The position numbers and the translations under genes were made by a program. From Gonapodya sp. JEL0774 (lineage: Eukaryota): DNA of 64,000 nt. The stretch is from positions 62,001 through 126,000 of the forward strand of contig JADIIX010000031.1 in assembly GCA_027604505.1 (NCBI GenBank). Direction: 5' to 3'. A model generated the notes under the pieces. The model had not been told where the DNA came from. It searched no databases and worked only from the letters and a program-made list of their open reading frames with translations. Shown here one piece after another: positions 60,182-64,000 of the stretch (position 1 is its first letter; each line of letters opens with the position of its first letter).

Positions 60182-60754
60182 GTCGCCTCTAAGATGTCTG
60201 ATTCTGGTTGGAGCGGATAATGTGTGGCGATACAAAAGATGAAGGATTGAAAATTTTGTCGAAATTCTGGAGTAATCGGTTCACGCAAACCGTTGGGGCG
60301 CGTGGGCTGACTGAGGGTGCGAAAGCCATGCGAAGAAAGGATTGTTCGAAGCTTCCTCCACTGAGATTACCAAGTTTCTTCGGCCAATTATAGAACGCGA
60401 CGTCTCAATCGGTATAGAAGCAGTGTTTAGTGATTACATCAATTTCTTAAAAGCACGACACACTCCCAAGTGCTCACTACCATGTGTTCTCATTTTTCCT
60501 CGCGGAACTCGCCCGGCCAACTAAAAGTCAGCAATGAATCATGATCTAAGATGTTGGGAAAGACATATATTATTGCATTATTAAATAAATACGATAATGC
60601 TTACTCAAACGCCAAACTCCGCGGTCTAGCCAAATACGTAAAGCAAACTCTCCCGTAAGTACATCTTCCCGGTAGACTGGCATCTCGATTTCCAAGATTG
60701 AAGCATCGGGAGCTAGAATAACTGATACACTTGTCCTTCCGTTGAGCGATTCTA

Positions 60755-63700
60755 TCACTCCGCAATCACCGATGGTCCTTTCCTCTCCAGCATCGCAACC
60801 AATCCTGCCATCTCATTCTTGAGTGTGCCCTGCCTTCGCACAGTGTTTTCGATTGCCGCGCTCTTTCTCCTCCGAACTCCTTCAACACTGCTTGATCGGC
60901 TTTTGGCGCTACGAGCGCTCTTGCCACTTTTGGCGCTCCTCGCGCTCTTTCGTCGTGCTAACAATTTCCGACGCCTTTCCTCAGCTGCAGCAGCCATTGC
61001 TCCACCTTCTTCTGCTGGTTCCCCATCAGAGTCTCCAGACTTCTCATAGTCCGCCAGGAGATCCGACATCGCAGAATTTGAAGAGGATTCAGTCTCATTG
61101 TCCGTCCCGTTGACGTTACGGCGCGAATCCCATCCGTTTCGGAGGGTGCTCAAGCTGGCTCTATTGCCCTCCCATCCGATACTACCACGCTCGGTGCCCC
61201 TACGAGTCGAACCATCCTCGGGACTTGGAGAGCGTGCAATCGGTATGTGATGAGACGGTGACTGTGGCGACCGCGGCGCGCCGCGAGAGAACAGTTGGCC
61301 GTCCACTGAGAGTCCAGAGAGGCGTAAAGCGGATGGCCGAGGACTCATACCGTCTGGAGACGATCCAAGAGCGCTGGAGAACGGCAAACTCGCGGCAATA
61401 CCCCCCGAATAATCTCCTCCTTCCGACCCTGCTACTGAAATGTGCTTTGACCGGTCCTTGGACGCAGCAACGGACCGACTCCTCTTGCTTCCCGTGGCCG
61501 ACCCGGAGCCCACTACCGACGACGTTCGTTTAGGCTCACCCTTCACACTGCGCCTACTCCGCCTGGAAGCCTTGGAACGCGACCGTGAGAGGTCCCCGCT
61601 TGCCGCCGCACTGCCCGCTGCCATTAGCTCTTTTTCTGCTGCACCATAGTCAATCGACATGGCGGACTTGGCGCTAGGAGCTGCACTCTTCCGTCTCTCT
61701 TTAAACCCTCGGCTGTGCCTTGCATCGGACCATTCGGCGTCCTTGTTTCCTTCTCCGCCGACACTCCGGCCACTCCGCCGACTCGCCATGCTGCGCCGAC
61801 TGCGGAATCGGGCCAGCCCAGGCGGGAGATTGTCAGAGGAAGGTACGTCACTGCCTTCGCTCGCTTTGAGTTCGGGACTGGAGTCTAGATCCGGATTTGG
61901 AACGAATATCTTATTTTGGATGTGCGTCAGTGTCGCTCATTAGTATTACGAAAGATGAGCAGGTTCAGGTGTGATACTCACGTCCTGACCCAGTGGATAC
62001 TGAGGTGTGGCCTTAACAGGTCCATGATGTCCTCCATGTCCTGGCACTTGCTGAGATTGCCCGCCCGCCGGTTGTCCAGGAAATGCATAGCCTGCCGGAT
62101 ATCTCTCATCTACCGCACCTGCCAAGAGAGCCGGAGGAAATGCACCATAGCCGGCCGCACCAGCGGCTAGGAGCTGGCCCGGGTAACCGGCGAGCTGATG
62201 ATGGGTGGCTGGAGCAAACTGACGCGCCCCGAGCACACCAGACGACGGTGGACTAAAGTAAGGTGGAGAGACGGGACGAGGAATGGCGTTCGATGGGGTG
62301 TGGCCGCTTAGAGGGCGGGAAGACGGCATAGATGTGGAGTACGGGCCAGGCGAGCCAGGGGTGGATGAATAGCTCTGACGGCCAGTAGGAATCGGCCGAT
62401 GAGGAAGGTGCGGGTGTGCAGTTGAGAGAGGTGGAGGTGGCGAAGACGTTCGCTGACGATCGTGTAGCCTCATCAGACCAGAAGCCTGGTTCGATTGAGA
62501 GCCTCCGCCGGCCGTCGACGGAGGACCTTGAGATGCTCGCTTCTTAGGGTCACGCTGCGGCAGGATGCGTGCCGAGAGTCCAGGAGAAGATACAGAATTG
62601 TTTGTAGCCGAATATTTGTTATCTTCAGTAAGATCCTTGTCATCCTTGCCCTTCTTTTTATCCCGTTTGAAGATGCCCATCAACGACGACAACAATCCCT
62701 TCTTCTCCCTCCCAGGCCCCGATTTGTACCCGGCATCCGTCTCGCCTCCTGCGAGGAACCCACCGCCATCGGTTTCGTCTCCGGTAGCGCCAGTTGGGAC
62801 CCGAGATCTGCGCATTTCCTGGCTTTGGTTAGTCGACTCTCCTGCGTTGCGGATCATTCCAGCAAGAGTCCAAGAGGTAGAATCGTTTCGACTTCCGACA
62901 GTAGTGCTGAGTCTACTAGAGTTCATGTTGTTCCCGTTGGCGGAGCCTAGGGTGGTCGATGAGAGGGATGCCAGAGTTGATGATCCGCCTGAGCCGAACC
63001 CACCAACACTGACCGATCCAAGATTGCTGGATCCAATAGCTGCGGATCCTGGTGGGGTAGGGAACGCGGAAGCCTGCGTTGCACCATACGATCCCAAGTG
63101 AACCTCCACGTCACCCACACCTGGTGTACCTCCCCCAATTTTCTCCTCAAAGGTGCTCCAGGTCATCGCTGAGCCACGTGACGCCTCTCTACGTAGCTTT
63201 ACTCCCGAAGACAAGGCCGCATATGCCCCCATCGGCTCATCCGTCTGTCCGTTCCTGCCTGGCCTGACCCCGTCTTCCGACGTCCTTCCACTAGCTCCAC
63301 CACTGGCAGTTGCATTCACAGTCGATCCGACCGACTCGAAATGCCTCCTAGCCATCGCTGCAAGCTTACTCGATGGTCCCCTCGAAACCGGAGTGTACTC
63401 GTCTCCACCCACCCTGGACAGATCCGCGGACATCCGGGACGCCAAGAGAGCTGAAAAACTGATTCCCGAGCCACTCCGTGCGTGACTAGAGCTCGGATCT
63501 GCGCCTGGGGTGATGGGACGGACCTTTGGGGACCGCGGCATGGCGGCGTTTGCCGCCGCGTTGTCTGCCGCGGAGTGCAACGACATGGAAAGCGACAAAG
63601 GTTGAAGCTTGGGCGAGCTCCCACCGCCAGTACCTTCCCGTTCGTACGAGAAGGGCATGTGCGCCATTGCAACCCTCTGCTGGCCCTGAGAAGCATCCGT

Positions 63701-63985
63701 GGCGCCACCTAGTCCGCTCAGTCTCGATGTCGCCGATCCGACATAATCCGATACGCGACGTGATGCGGCAGGGACCGATGGCGATCTTGCCGATTTACGT
63801 TCCTTGCCTGTAGCAGCCAACAGGGCATCGGCGTCCGAAGTTGCCCGCTGGACTCGCCGACCCGACGGACGCGCGGTGAGTGAAGCCCCGCCACCGTCAC
63901 CGGGAGCAGTACCTGTTGGGGTTTCAGGTCGGGGCTGGGAGGTTGGCGGGGGTTGAGATGGGGACCGCTTGTGTATGGACAAGCC
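60755..63985 (-). CDS. Large low-complexity Ser/Gly/Arg-rich protein (5' part outside window; intron about 61910-61981)
   Basis: The 678-aa and 344-aa ORFs join in frame through GQD|gtgagt...aag|IFVPNPD; no recognised domain. Confidence 0.65.
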
Positions 63986-64000
63986 TGAAAGGAGCTGGCG

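Noticed and set aside
1..64000. CRISPR arrays, tRNA/rRNA genes, intact mobile elements, prokaryotic operons
   Set aside because: None recognised by eye; the window is spliceosomal-intron-containing eukaryotic DNA.

Overview
Intron-rich eukaryotic DNA (GT-AG introns mostly 60-350 nt) with fungal-type genes. The gene content suggests an early-diverging zoosporic fungus (chytrid/monoblepharid-like); this is inference only. Recognisable genes: NSA2, V-ATPase c'' subunit (VMA16), an AVT-type amino-acid transporter, TMEM120/TMPIT, a SpoU/TrmH methyltransferase, a beta-lactamase-related serine hydrolase and a RING-HC protein. The striking content is a dense set of candidate surface-sensing and signalling genes that only appear after manual splicing. 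Four paralogous receptor-like proteins have signal peptide + plant-type LRRs + TM (25.9-40.7 kb); two of them form a head-to-head pair with an intracellular SH3 domain instead of a kinase. There are also a Cys-module/TM/SH3 receptor, two cytosolic ankyrin-like/coiled-coil/SH3 paralogs, two intronless F-box/poly-CxxC paralogs and two single-pass proteins with minimal ectodomains. Seven SH3 domains lie in six genes. Exon structures were derived by hand; no database searches were run.
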